Source: Promethearchaeia archaeon (GTDB lineage Archaea; Asgardarchaeota; Lokiarchaeia; Sigyniarchaeales; SOKP01). From it: 20,322 bases of DNA. Of this stretch, positions 1 through 9,226 are shown piece after piece (the stretch's first letter is position 1; each line of letters begins with the position of its first letter). The stretch covers positions 1 to 20,322 of the forward strand of contig JAHQWL010000079.1 of assembly GCA_029856155.1 (NCBI GenBank). Reading direction: 5' to 3'. The notes below the pieces were generated by a model. It was given only the letters and a program-made list of their open reading frames with translations, ran no database searches and was not told the origin of the DNA. The position numbers were made by a program, and so were the translations under genes.

Positions 1-20
1 GTTTTAATATATTATCAATA

Positions 21-40
21 TCTAACTTTATTAAGTTAGA
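21..40. promoter_or_regulatory. Perfect inverted repeat TCTAACTT-N4-AAGTTAGA, candidate operator, downstream of a TATA-like element (2-11)
   Basis: 8-bp arms at 21-28 and 33-40. It ends 15 nt before the ATG at 55 and covers the start site expected from the TATA-like TTTTAATATA. Confidence 0.45.
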
Positions 41-54
41 GATGGGATATGTAA

Positions 55-1449
55 ATGAAAATAATCGTTTTAAATGGAAGTCCGAAAGGTATTGAAAGCG
101 CTACAATGCAATATATTCTATATATTCAGAAAAAATTTCCTCAACATGAATTAAAAATCTTAAATATTGCTCAACAAATTAAAAAACTTGAAAATAACGA
201 GGAAAAATTTAAAGAAATTATAGATGATGTGAAGAATTCTGATGGTGTTATTTGGGGTTTCCCTTTATATGTGATGCTTGTTCCATCTCAATACAAAAGA
301 TTTATTGAACTAATCACAGAAAGGAAGAAGGAAGTCGCTTTTACAGATAAATACACTGCTGTGCTAGCAACATCAATTCATTTCTATGATCATACTGCGA
401 TAAATTATATGAATGGTATTTGTGATGATTTCGAAATGAAATTTGTTGGTTCTTTTTCTGCTGATATGTTTGATCTTATGTTTCCAAAAAAGAGAGAGCA
501 ATTAATTATATTTGCTGAAAATCTATTTAACGCGATTGAAAATAATCTTCCCACAACCCGAAAGAATTTACCCCTAGTTAAACAAGCTTTTGAATATGTA
601 CCAGGAAACCTTGGAAAAGAAGTAGCAAGAATAGATACAAATGGGAAAAAAGTTCTCATTATAACAGATTCAGTAGATAGAAGCACTAATTTAGGGAAAA
701 TGATCCAACAATTTCAAAGTTGCTTTTCTACTGAAATTGAGATAATAAATATATATGATCTAGAGATAAAGGGTGGATGTTTGGGATGTATTCAATGTGG
801 TTATGATAATATTTGTGTTTATAAAGATAAAGATGAGTTTACTGAATTTTGGAGTGTAAAATTAGAATCTGCTGATATTTTAGTTTTTGCAGGAAATATA
901 GTAGATAGATATTTATCATCAAGATGGAAAATGGTATTTGACAGGAGTTTTTTCAATGGACATATTCCTACATTAAGAGAAAGACAATTCGGTTTTCTTA
1001 TATCTGGCCCATTAGGTCAAATTGCTAATCTTAGACAAATCATAGAGTCAATTGCTGAACTTCAAGACAGTAACCTTGTAGATATTATTACTGATGAATA
1101 TGCAGATTCAAAGACTATTGATTCATTAATTTATAATTTTGGTAAAAATTTAATCATTTTTTCCAATTCTGGCTATAAAAAACCCCAAACATTCCTAGCG
1201 GTAGGAGGAAATAAAATATTCCGAGATGCTGTATATGGAAGAATGAGATTTGTGTTTCAAGCAGATCATAGACATTATGAAGAACATGGATTTTATGATT
1301 TTCCCCATAACGATAAATATGCCAAAAAAATGAATGAAAAGTTCATCCCTTTAACTCAAAACGAGAAGTTTAGAAAGGTTTTTTATTCTGTGTTAAAAAC
1401 TGAAATGATAAAACCTTTAAAAAGTGTTGTTGATAATCCAGATAAATAA
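55..1449 (+). CDS. NAD(P)H-dependent FMN reductase / iron-sulfur flavoprotein with two tandem flavodoxin-like domains
   Basis: N-terminal IIVLNGSPK and GFPLY flavodoxin/FMN_red motifs. Second domain starts near KKVLIITDS and has the Isf-type Cx2Cx2Cx5C motif CLGCIQCGYDNIC followed by ADILVFAG...KMVFDRSF. Confidence 0.85.
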   Translation: MKIIVLNGSPKGIESATMQYILYIQKKFPQHELKILNIAQQIKKLENNEEKFKEIIDDVKNSDGVIWGFPLYVMLVPSQYKRFIELITERKKEVAFTDKYTAVLATSIHFYDHTAINYMNGICDDFEMKFVGSFSADMFDLMFPKKREQLIIFAENLFNAIENNLPTTRKNLPLVKQAFEYVPGNLGKEVARIDTNGKKVLIITDSVDRSTNLGKMIQQFQSCFSTEIEIINIYDLEIKGGCLGCIQCGYDNICVYKDKDEFTEFWSVKLESADILVFAGNIVDRYLSSRWKMVFDRSFFNGHIPTLRERQFGFLISGPLGQIANLRQIIESIAELQDSNLVDIITDEYADSKTIDSLIYNFGKNLIIFSNSGYKKPQTFLAVGGNKIFRDAVYGRMRFVFQADHRHYEEHGFYDFPHNDKYAKKMNEKFIPLTQNEKFRKVFYSVLKTEMIKPLKSVVDNPDK

Positions 1450-2201
1450 TGTATTTTATTAGATCTATGGAATTATTGAAAAATATCTTTGAAGAAATCA
1501 AAAGAACCAAAAACCCAGAAATAATAAATGATTTCTTAATAAAATTAAGTGAAGATCCAAAAGAAGAATATCTAAATTATATAGAATACTTCATGAATAA
1601 TTTAGACAAGCACATTTTTGATAAAATTAAACTAAATTTAATTTTTCTAATAGGCGAGATTAGTAATTTAACAACATTAGAAGAGAGATATTTATCTTTC
1701 TTAGTAGAGACTTATTATACATCAGATAGATGGATTAGAAATGAGATAATTCAAGCGATTAGAATAATTTCAGCAAAATCGGTTATAACTGATGAAGTTA
1801 TAAAATTAATAGGATATGCAGTAAATGATGATTATTCTCCAATTAAAGTTAATGCACTTCAAGTAATTTTAAATTTAGAAACCCTCCCACCTACAGTCAT
1901 TAGAAATATTTTTCAAGCATTGAATTCAAAAAGTTCTGAGTTAGAAATATTACTTGTAAAAATATTAAAGAAGTTTCTCCCTGATTATAATCAATTGTAT
2001 AATTCTTTGAATTATTTAGATCATTACAAAATTTTAAAACAACATGCCATTAGAACTTTATTACTGGTGTATTTTAGTTCTGCATTTAATTTAGAATCAT
2101 TTCGACAAAAAATTTCTAATTCAAAATGGGAGATAGAAAATAAAGAGAACTTCCTTGAAGAAATTGATAACTATGAAAAAGTTTTTTTAAGAAAATTATG
2201 A
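1449..2201 (+). CDS. HEAT/ARM-like alpha-helical repeat protein
   Basis: HEAT-like segments SDRWIRNEIIQAI, DDYSPIKVNALQVI and IKLNLIFLIGEI. TAATG stop/start overlap with the upstream gene; the second Met (1467) is an alternative start. Confidence 0.55.
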   Translation: MYFIRSMELLKNIFEEIKRTKNPEIINDFLIKLSEDPKEEYLNYIEYFMNNLDKHIFDKIKLNLIFLIGEISNLTTLEERYLSFLVETYYTSDRWIRNEIIQAIRIISAKSVITDEVIKLIGYAVNDDYSPIKVNALQVILNLETLPPTVIRNIFQALNSKSSELEILLVKILKKFLPDYNQLYNSLNYLDHYKILKQHAIRTLLLVYFSSAFNLESFRQKISNSKWEIENKENFLEEIDNYEKVFLRKL

Positions 2202-2211
2202 ATTGGTATAA

Positions 2212-3432
2212 TTATTGATATTTTTTAAATATATCTTCTAAATCCTCATAAGATAATACAATATCATTAAAAATCTTTATTAGAAACTTTATGATTCCTC
2301 TAGGATTACCATTCGTTTTATTATATATATATTTTAACACATTTTCATTTAGAGGATAATAGGAATTTGAAAAATCTCTCAAGTAATCAAAATAATTAAT
2401 ATGACCAAAAAAGAATTCTAGATTTCTTTTATAAAATGAGTCAAGATCTTTTTCAATAAAATTGGATAAAATAATAGGTTCACTTACAACATTTAGCAGA
2501 GTACTATCTCTTTCTTTTAGTTTATTTATAATTTCTCTGTAAAATTCGGTCGATTTTAAGGTAATGATGATTCTAAGACCATCAATTTTATTTAAATTAA
2601 TAATTTTCTTTAAGATTTTATCAGCAGTACGTGTTTGTGGCGATTGTGTAGCCCCGAAAAGCCAACTTCTGTCAAAAACTTCTTCTTTTTGTTCTCCTAT
2701 TGGCACGGGTCTCATCATAGAAAGTATTTTTTCAAAATCATCAATGAATAATACACTACGTACCATAGCATTTTCAACTAATACTTTAAGCATTGTATAT
2801 GAATTATTTCTCTCTCTTAAATCGTGTTTTAAATTCAACCTTGAAAGATCTCTTATGTCTATTGCTTCTCCTAAAAACCATCGTTCAACTTCTATTTTTT
2901 TATATGGATCTAATTGATGGGTTATTATAGCATTAATAATATCTGATATAGCATCTTTATTTTCAAAACTAGGAGCCCACTTTTCAAATGCCTCTTTCTT
3001 AACTTTTTCAATATCAGCTAAATGAAAAAAACCAAATTTTCTCTCTAAAGCACCCCATTTATCACACAGTCTTCTAGCAATGTTTCTTAACACTTCAATG
3101 CCCATATTTTCTATAAATTCTGAGTATGTATTGTTATAAAATTTCTTAATAACATTTTCAAAAGAAATATGGACGATATTATAATAATATAACTCATGTT
3201 TTAAAGCCCAGTATAAGTGTGTTTTTCCTGTTCCAATATCACCAATTATTGGTAAGATTACGTTTTCATCTTTTTCAAGTACATTTATTATAGAATCCAA
3301 TAAATCTTGTCTTGATTGGACTAATCCAATGTCTTCTTTAATTTCTCCAGTAGATACAAATTTTTTAAAGGGTGATCCTGTAAATTTTAAGAAATTCAAT
3401 AATTTTTGTTCCTTATTTTCGAAAAGAAGCAT
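2212..3432 (-). CDS. P-loop NTPase, AAA+-like ATPase
   Basis: Walker A GDIGTGKT, Walker B VLFIDDFE, long helical insert between them, and C-terminal YPL...TNGNPR lid motif. Confidence 0.75.
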   Translation of the reverse strand: MLLFENKEQKLLNFLKFTGSPFKKFVSTGEIKEDIGLVQSRQDLLDSIINVLEKDENVILPIIGDIGTGKTHLYWALKHELYYYNIVHISFENVIKKFYNNTYSEFIENMGIEVLRNIARRLCDKWGALERKFGFFHLADIEKVKKEAFEKWAPSFENKDAISDIINAIITHQLDPYKKIEVERWFLGEAIDIRDLSRLNLKHDLRERNNSYTMLKVLVENAMVRSVLFIDDFEKILSMMRPVPIGEQKEEVFDRSWLFGATQSPQTRTADKILKKIINLNKIDGLRIIITLKSTEFYREIINKLKERDSTLLNVVSEPIILSNFIEKDLDSFYKRNLEFFFGHINYFDYLRDFSNSYYPLNENVLKYIYNKTNGNPRGIIKFLIKIFNDIVLSYEDLEDIFKKYQ

Positions 3433-3449
3433 TTCAAATCAAAATTGTT

Positions 3450-4073
3450 TTAAATTTTTAATTCCTCTATACCTAAAATTATTATATATTCAATTACTTT
3501 ATCATCAACGTTGACTATTGGTTCATAACTTATATTAAGTTCATCATCTTTATCCCTTCCAACAATGATACAATCATAAAAAACAGGGTTACCGTTATCA
3601 TCAATAACAACTCTGTCAGCTACAATAATGCCATTTCTAATCATTGAAATAGGATTTTTTAAAATTTCACCTTTAAAAAAATTTAAATGATTCACACAAA
3701 AGTTGAGATCATTTAATAAAAGCCCAGCAGTATGAAGTAAATTTAATGTAAATGGAAAATCATTTGAAAATTGCCCTTGATCGTATTGTTCCATTGTATC
3801 TTCAGGAATTAAAACAGAATATTCCAATGGTATTTCATTTAAATTCCATTTGAAATCAGAGTTTCTCGAAATTGGATCGAATTGGTTACCCTTTTTCTCA
3901 AAACCAATGATTAAACCTTCCTTTATAATTAGTTCTTTAGATTCTGAAATTTTTAAATTATCTGAAAAGATAATTTTATCTTGACACTTTGAAATAATAG
4001 AACCTGTAAATTCTCCATTAATTTTTATATCTTTTAATGAGTCATAAAGTATAAATTTGCGCGAATTATTCAT
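3450..4073 (-). CDS. Hypothetical protein (207 aa), probably co-transcribed with the ATPase
   Basis: 207-codon ORF in AT-rich DNA, 17 nt upstream of the ATPase on the same strand; no recognisable motif. Confidence 0.65.
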   Translation of the reverse strand: MNNSRKFILYDSLKDIKINGEFTGSIISKCQDKIIFSDNLKISESKELIIKEGLIIGFEKKGNQFDPISRNSDFKWNLNEIPLEYSVLIPEDTMEQYDQGQFSNDFPFTLNLLHTAGLLLNDLNFCVNHLNFFKGEILKNPISMIRNGIIVADRVVIDDNGNPVFYDCIIVGRDKDDELNISYEPIVNVDDKVIEYIIILGIEELKI

Positions 4074-4140
4074 GGGATCTATTTTTTAAAGATTTATTTT
4101 TACTCTTTTTATTTGAGTGTTTCAATTTCATATCATTAAT

Positions 4141-4153
4141 ATTATATATATAT
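4141..4153. promoter_or_regulatory. Putative bidirectional TATA element in the divergent intergenic region
   Basis: ATTATATATATAT lies roughly midway between the divergent starts at 4073(-) and 4209(+). Confidence 0.35.
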
Positions 4154-4208
4154 CCCTTCCATATATTTTTAGATAGAATATATTACATATCCAAGTAGAG
4201 AGTATAAA

Positions 4209-5453
4209 ATGGGTTCTTCTATGCTTGCTCATAGCCTCTTAGAATTATCGAAGGTTGAATTATTAGATAGAGCGAGTCAATTTATTTTTTCGACTGGTTT
4301 AAATGATGGAACCTCAAAGTTATGCAAAGCAAACATGAAATATGGCTTAGCACAGTTCCATTTGATCCAAGAGAAATATGGCTTTGAGCCAAAAGCAACT
4401 TTTATTTCTTCTCCAGATGAAACGATCTCGCGTAATAAATTTAGGTGGAATTCTGGATTAGGGTACGGAGGAAGATTAAACTGGGGTAATGGAAAGGAAA
4501 AATTGATTTTTTTGAATTCCAAACCAAATTGCTGTGGTATCTTAGTAGGCGGCTTGGAAGAATTGCCTGACCCATATAATTTAATTACGAAAATTGATAG
4601 AATAAAATCAGAACCGTTGTATTATGATGATATTTCAATAGATTGGGATTACGGAATATCTAATCATTTTATTAACTGTTTTGAAACAAAGAAATTATCA
4701 GATATAGATCTTCCCCCCTATCTATTTTTAATTCATGGTTCAGCTCCAGAATTTAGAGATGATTGCCATGGAATTGGACTTTATATAGATAAATCAAAAA
4801 TATTGAAAGATATTGCTATTGAAGAAAAAACTAAATTTGGGACACAATATATTTTATTGGATTCAGATGCTGCTGAATATCTTCAATTCAGTAAAAAAGC
4901 TTTAGAATTCTCTAGTTTAAAAAGAGAGATAATAGCTAATAATCTTTTTGATTATGGTTATAAAATTATTTGTAACCAACCGCATCAATTTTTAAAAGAT
5001 TATAATAATATGTACTTAGGAAGTAATTGTACAGATGTTAGTTGTGAATTAATAAATTCAGATAAATTTCCAACAACCCTTAGGGCAGATATCGCAGCGT
5101 ATTTATTTAAAGGAAAAAAAAATCTTTCAGAAACAACACTTAAAAATCAAAATCTCTTAGAAAGAGCAGTCGATTTAGAACTTTTAGATTTATTAACAAA
5201 TGCTAATATTCTCCCACATGGAGGGGGATATTCCTTTAATGATGTTGAAGATGTTTTAGATATATTAGAATATAAAGACCAACGATATTTTGTCACATCT
5301 TTAAAAACAAATACTAGTAGATTAAAAATAATTAGAAATGTTAGCGAGTTACAATTTGAATATAGAGGTCGAGATGTTGTACTTAAAACTATTCAATTAG
5401 ATCTTGGAGAAATTATTGCTCGTTTAAATCCTTTGTTTTCCTTAAAATTATAA
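4209..5453 (+). CDS. Divergent RtcB-superfamily protein (RNA 3'-phosphate ligase fold)
   Basis: RtcB motifs in the correct order: SPD70...GLGYGG, NCC109G, SN152H153F, IH176GS, H259Q, PH337GGG, E380xxxxY385, and C-terminal IIARLNPLFSLK413L. Confidence 0.75.
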   Translation: MGSSMLAHSLLELSKVELLDRASQFIFSTGLNDGTSKLCKANMKYGLAQFHLIQEKYGFEPKATFISSPDETISRNKFRWNSGLGYGGRLNWGNGKEKLIFLNSKPNCCGILVGGLEELPDPYNLITKIDRIKSEPLYYDDISIDWDYGISNHFINCFETKKLSDIDLPPYLFLIHGSAPEFRDDCHGIGLYIDKSKILKDIAIEEKTKFGTQYILLDSDAAEYLQFSKKALEFSSLKREIIANNLFDYGYKIICNQPHQFLKDYNNMYLGSNCTDVSCELINSDKFPTTLRADIAAYLFKGKKNLSETTLKNQNLLERAVDLELLDLLTNANILPHGGGYSFNDVEDVLDILEYKDQRYFVTSLKTNTSRLKIIRNVSELQFEYRGRDVVLKTIQLDLGEIIARLNPLFSLKL

Positions 5454-5454
5454 A

Positions 5455-7512
5455 TTACTCTATTCTTGCTCCAGGAGGAAGATCTCTATCAAGTATTAAA
5501 ATTGATACTTTATCATTTTCAACAGCGGCAAGAAGCATTCCTTTACTTAAAATTCCTTTTAATTTCCTAGGTTCTAAATTAGTTAACACTACGATTTTTT
5601 TTCCTTGTAAGTCTTCGATTTTATAGTGTTCTGCTAATCCAGCAACTAAGGTTCTTTTTTCAGTTCCTAAATCAATAGAAAGTTTATAGAGTTTATCTGC
5701 TTTCGGAACTTTTTCCACTTTTTCAACCAAAGCAACTCGAATATCTAATTTTTTAAACTCATCATAAGATATAATTTCTTTTTCACCTTCTTTTGGTTTC
5801 CCTTCTTTTAATTTTTTATATTTTTGTTTAATTTCCTCAATATCTAATTTTTGAAATAGAGGTTCTGGTTTCTTAATAACATGTCCCGCTTTTAGAGAAT
5901 TTTCATTTATACTATCCCATGTTATTTCTGATAATTTTGAAGCATTTAAATAAGATAAAATCTTTTCAGATGTTCCTGGGATAAATGGACTTAACAAAAC
6001 AGCTAAAGCATATGATGCTTGAGCACACAAATTAAAAACATGTCCAGCTGCTTTTCTATTTTTCTTAATTAGATGCCATGGAGCTTTTTCATTCAAATAG
6101 ACATTGCCTTCTCTTCCAAAGTTAACAATTTCTCTTAACGCTTTTCTTAATTCAAAGTTTTCTAATAAGTCTCCTATAACTTTTGATATTGAGTTTATTT
6201 TTAAAATAAAAGCTTTATCTACTGCATCAGACTCAATTTTTTCTGGTATCCTATTATTAAATTGCTTATTAATAAATGTCATAGAGCGATGAATAAAATT
6301 ACCAATAACATCATTTAACATTTTATTAGTATTATCAAACTCAGACCACAAAAATGACGCGTCACTTTTTTCCATTCTGTTATACACTAAATTAAAACGC
6401 CAATAATCTAAAGGAGCCAGTTCTAACGCTTCATCGATCCAAATACCAATTCCTCTTGATTTTGAAAATTTTTGATTTTCATACATTAACCATTCTGTTG
6501 ATGATACATTGTAGGGTAATACAAGTTTCTCACTTTTTTCCTTGTTATCATTATAAGCCAATAATAATCCAGGAAATACAATTAAATGAAAAATGATATT
6601 ATCTTTGCCGATGAAAAATACTGTTTTAGTCTTAGGATCATTCCAAAAATAATTAAATTTATCTGGATTATTAATTACCTTTTCAGCCCATTCTTTTACA
6701 GCAGTAATATATCCCAATACCGCTTCAAACCATACATAAATGGTTTTATCTTCCGCATTCTCGAATGGTGCTGGAATCCCCCATTCTAAATCTCTTGTAA
6801 TTGCTCGTTCAGGTAATCCTTCAGCTATACTATTTAAACACATTTGTCGCGCGTTAGCGGGTATAATTTCATTTTCTTCTATTAATGTTTTTAATCTATC
6901 TTGTAATTTTGGTAGATCTAAGTACCAGTGTTTTGTCTTTTTAATTGTAGGAGTCTGTCCACACACTGCGCATTTTGGTTTAATAAGTTCTAAAGGAGTT
7001 AATAATTTCTGACAATTATCACATTGATCTCCTCGTGCATCTTCAAAATTACAATGAGGACATATTCCTTCCACGAACCGATCAGGTAAAAACAAGTCAT
7101 CGTGTTTACAGTAAAGTGACTCAATCTCTTTTTCTATGATATACCCATTTTTCTGTATATCTAAATACATTTTCTGTACAAATTCAATATGAGTAGGATT
7201 ATGGGTTATTGTATAATTATCAAAAGAAATTTGCCATTTTTCATGTAAATCTTTAATAATATTATGATATTTAAAGGCTAGTTCTTCAGCGGGGACATTT
7301 AGCTTTTTTGCCTCTACCGAAACAGGCGTTCCATGAGAATCTGATCCAGAAACAAACACTACTTCTTCTCCTTTCATTCTCAAAAATCTAGCAAATACAT
7401 CTGCTGATAATGTGCTACCAATTAGATTCCCTAAATGCGGTGTAGCATTCACATAAGGCCACGCTGACGTAACAACCCATTTATTTTTATTTTTGGTTTC
7501 TAAATTAATCAA
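5455..7512 (-). CDS. metG: Methionine--tRNA ligase (class I) with C-terminal tRNA-binding OB domain
   Basis: TSAWPYVNATPHLGN (HIGH), GSDSHG, zinc knuckles CKHD/CPHC/CDNC/CAVC, YVWFEA, GKDNIIFH, KFSKS (KMSKS), and C-terminal FKKLDIRVA...NLEPRKLKGILSKGMLLAA. TTG start. Confidence 0.97.
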   Translation of the reverse strand: MINLETKNKNKWVVTSAWPYVNATPHLGNLIGSTLSADVFARFLRMKGEEVVFVSGSDSHGTPVSVEAKKLNVPAEELAFKYHNIIKDLHEKWQISFDNYTITHNPTHIEFVQKMYLDIQKNGYIIEKEIESLYCKHDDLFLPDRFVEGICPHCNFEDARGDQCDNCQKLLTPLELIKPKCAVCGQTPTIKKTKHWYLDLPKLQDRLKTLIEENEIIPANARQMCLNSIAEGLPERAITRDLEWGIPAPFENAEDKTIYVWFEAVLGYITAVKEWAEKVINNPDKFNYFWNDPKTKTVFFIGKDNIIFHLIVFPGLLLAYNDNKEKSEKLVLPYNVSSTEWLMYENQKFSKSRGIGIWIDEALELAPLDYWRFNLVYNRMEKSDASFLWSEFDNTNKMLNDVIGNFIHRSMTFINKQFNNRIPEKIESDAVDKAFILKINSISKVIGDLLENFELRKALREIVNFGREGNVYLNEKAPWHLIKKNRKAAGHVFNLCAQASYALAVLLSPFIPGTSEKILSYLNASKLSEITWDSINENSLKAGHVIKKPEPLFQKLDIEEIKQKYKKLKEGKPKEGEKEIISYDEFKKLDIRVALVEKVEKVPKADKLYKLSIDLGTEKRTLVAGLAEHYKIEDLQGKKIVVLTNLEPRKLKGILSKGMLLAAVENDKVSILILDRDLPPGARIE

Positions 7513-7655
7513 CCTCTCAATTCAAATTTATTAATAAAAAGAATCCTATGCTTAAATAATTTAAACAAATTAAGAATAAATATTTAGTTATTCTAAGTAC
7601 ATTTTAGCTCCCTAACTGCAATTGGGCATTATTTGTAATGAATATGTATTTTTAA

Positions 7656-9194
7656 TTACTCCACTCTTACTATTTCTTTAAATAACCTTTCTATAAATCC
7701 ATCAAAATTATCTGAAGTGAATTCAACATTCAATAGGTGAAGCATAAGTCGAGGAATATAGTCTTCATTTTCATAGATAGGAATAATTTTCATTAAGTCT
7801 TTTTTTCTTAATTGAAATGCAACTTGCCATTCATCTTTTACTGCTTTTGATTTCATTGAATTTTCAGAACAAAAAAGGATGAATATATTACATTTTTTAA
7901 GCGTTTCTTCCATATATTCTACAATATTTGCACTACTATCTGCTTCCCAAAATAAAACTTCTTCAATTTCAGTATAACTTTTTAATTTTTCGACCATTTT
8001 TGAAATTTGGAAGTGTTCTGAGTCCAATGTAGAGTAACTCATAAATATTTTTTTTGGAGCGCCTATTAATGTAGGTATCGGTGCACTTTCTGGAACAACT
8101 TTAGGTTTCCCCAGATATTTCCTTTTAATTAGAATTATACTCCCTATAACTAATACTGAAATTATTAAGGTTGCTATAATAAGATAAACAATATCAATAG
8201 GAAGCATTCTTCCACTCCCACCTGTAGATCCATTACCATCAGATCCACCATTTAAATCTTCGACCATTATTGTATATTGTGCAAAATCTATACTATGTTG
8301 GTTTGGTTCTATTAGAAGAACATAATTACCAGTGATAGATGGACTAAAACTAATATTTTTTGGATAGCTAAGTCCAGTATTGTTTTTGATATTGGTCACT
8401 GTTAAAGGTTCAAATTCAACTAATCTCATATTCAAGATCCCAGATCCAGAGTTTCTATTTAGTATAATATTATAACTTGCTCCAGCTTCCATATAAATAA
8501 AGTAAGCATCTAAATAATCATTTCCAGAAATATCTCCTGTAATCGATGTAATGTCAGTTAAGTTTGTAATTTCCTCATACATAAGGTCGACAATCCACTC
8601 ATATCTATTCTCAATAAAAACTCCAGTTTCATCATAAAAATAGGAATAACCCAAACTAGGCTCATTACCACTAATAAGCACACAATCTGAACGAGGAAGA
8701 TCACTTGAAAACATGATAGCGGGGGTATCATCAATAGCATAGACAGGTCCATGATAATAATTTGTATGCCATGAAGGGCTCGACGTGTAAGGAAGATTGT
8801 ATATAGTACTGTCAACCCACCATTGTGCTGTTTCATTATTAAAATCATCACTAAAAAAAGATATTACCAAATTATACGGTCCGGTTCCATCGCATCTATA
8901 TTTAAACTGGACACCTTTAACAATGACAAACCTTCCAAATGGGATAGGAAATTCAACTATTAAATATTGAAAATCTGAACTAGAATCATAATGAACATAA
9001 GCGTTATCATCTGAAATTTCATCATCATAATTATGTATCCATAGTGTTGGGCTTGATAACCTAAGATTTTTATGAACTGAATCTTGAGAATTGATTAAGG
9101 CATAATTTTCAAAACTGTTCAGCATATATAAATTTAAAAAAATAATTGAAAACCCAATTATGAAAATTTGAATACGTAATGAAATTTTCTTCAT
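7656..9194 (-). CDS. Single-pass membrane receptor-like protein: signal/N-terminal anchor, shared head + PPC-like domain, TM, cytoplasmic TIR domain (catalytic Glu intact)
   Basis: N-terminal basic+hydrophobic segment, PPC-like DYLDAYFI...GNYVLLIEP, Gly/Ser linker, TM IVYLIIATLIISVLVIGSIILI then KRK, TIR KIFMSYS...FILFCSENSMKSKAVKDEW...KIIPI (E455, nt 7830-7832). Confidence 0.85.
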   Translation of the reverse strand: MKKISLRIQIFIIGFSIIFLNLYMLNSFENYALINSQDSVHKNLRLSSPTLWIHNYDDEISDDNAYVHYDSSSDFQYLIVEFPIPFGRFVIVKGVQFKYRCDGTGPYNLVISFFSDDFNNETAQWWVDSTIYNLPYTSSPSWHTNYYHGPVYAIDDTPAIMFSSDLPRSDCVLISGNEPSLGYSYFYDETGVFIENRYEWIVDLMYEEITNLTDITSITGDISGNDYLDAYFIYMEAGASYNIILNRNSGSGILNMRLVEFEPLTVTNIKNNTGLSYPKNISFSPSITGNYVLLIEPNQHSIDFAQYTIMVEDLNGGSDGNGSTGGSGRMLPIDIVYLIIATLIISVLVIGSIILIKRKYLGKPKVVPESAPIPTLIGAPKKIFMSYSTLDSEHFQISKMVEKLKSYTEIEEVLFWEADSSANIVEYMEETLKKCNIFILFCSENSMKSKAVKDEWQVAFQLRKKDLMKIIPIYENEDYIPRLMLHLLNVEFTSDNFDGFIERLFKEIVRVE

Positions 9195-9226
9195 TTTTAC
9201 TTAATTGATACTATTATTTTAGATTT

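Noticed and set aside
4161-4183. Inverted repeat ATATATT-N9-AATATAT
   Set aside because: AT-only arms are expected by chance in this DNA.
405-7012. Short overlapping ORFs 405-686, 2564-2917, 3329-3514, 4277-4522, 6104-6292, 6586-6789, 6740-7012
   Set aside because: Antisense shadows of well-supported genes with no motifs.
7610-7626. Imperfect hairpin downstream of the 512-aa TIR gene
   Set aside because: Short and mismatched; not enough to call a terminator.
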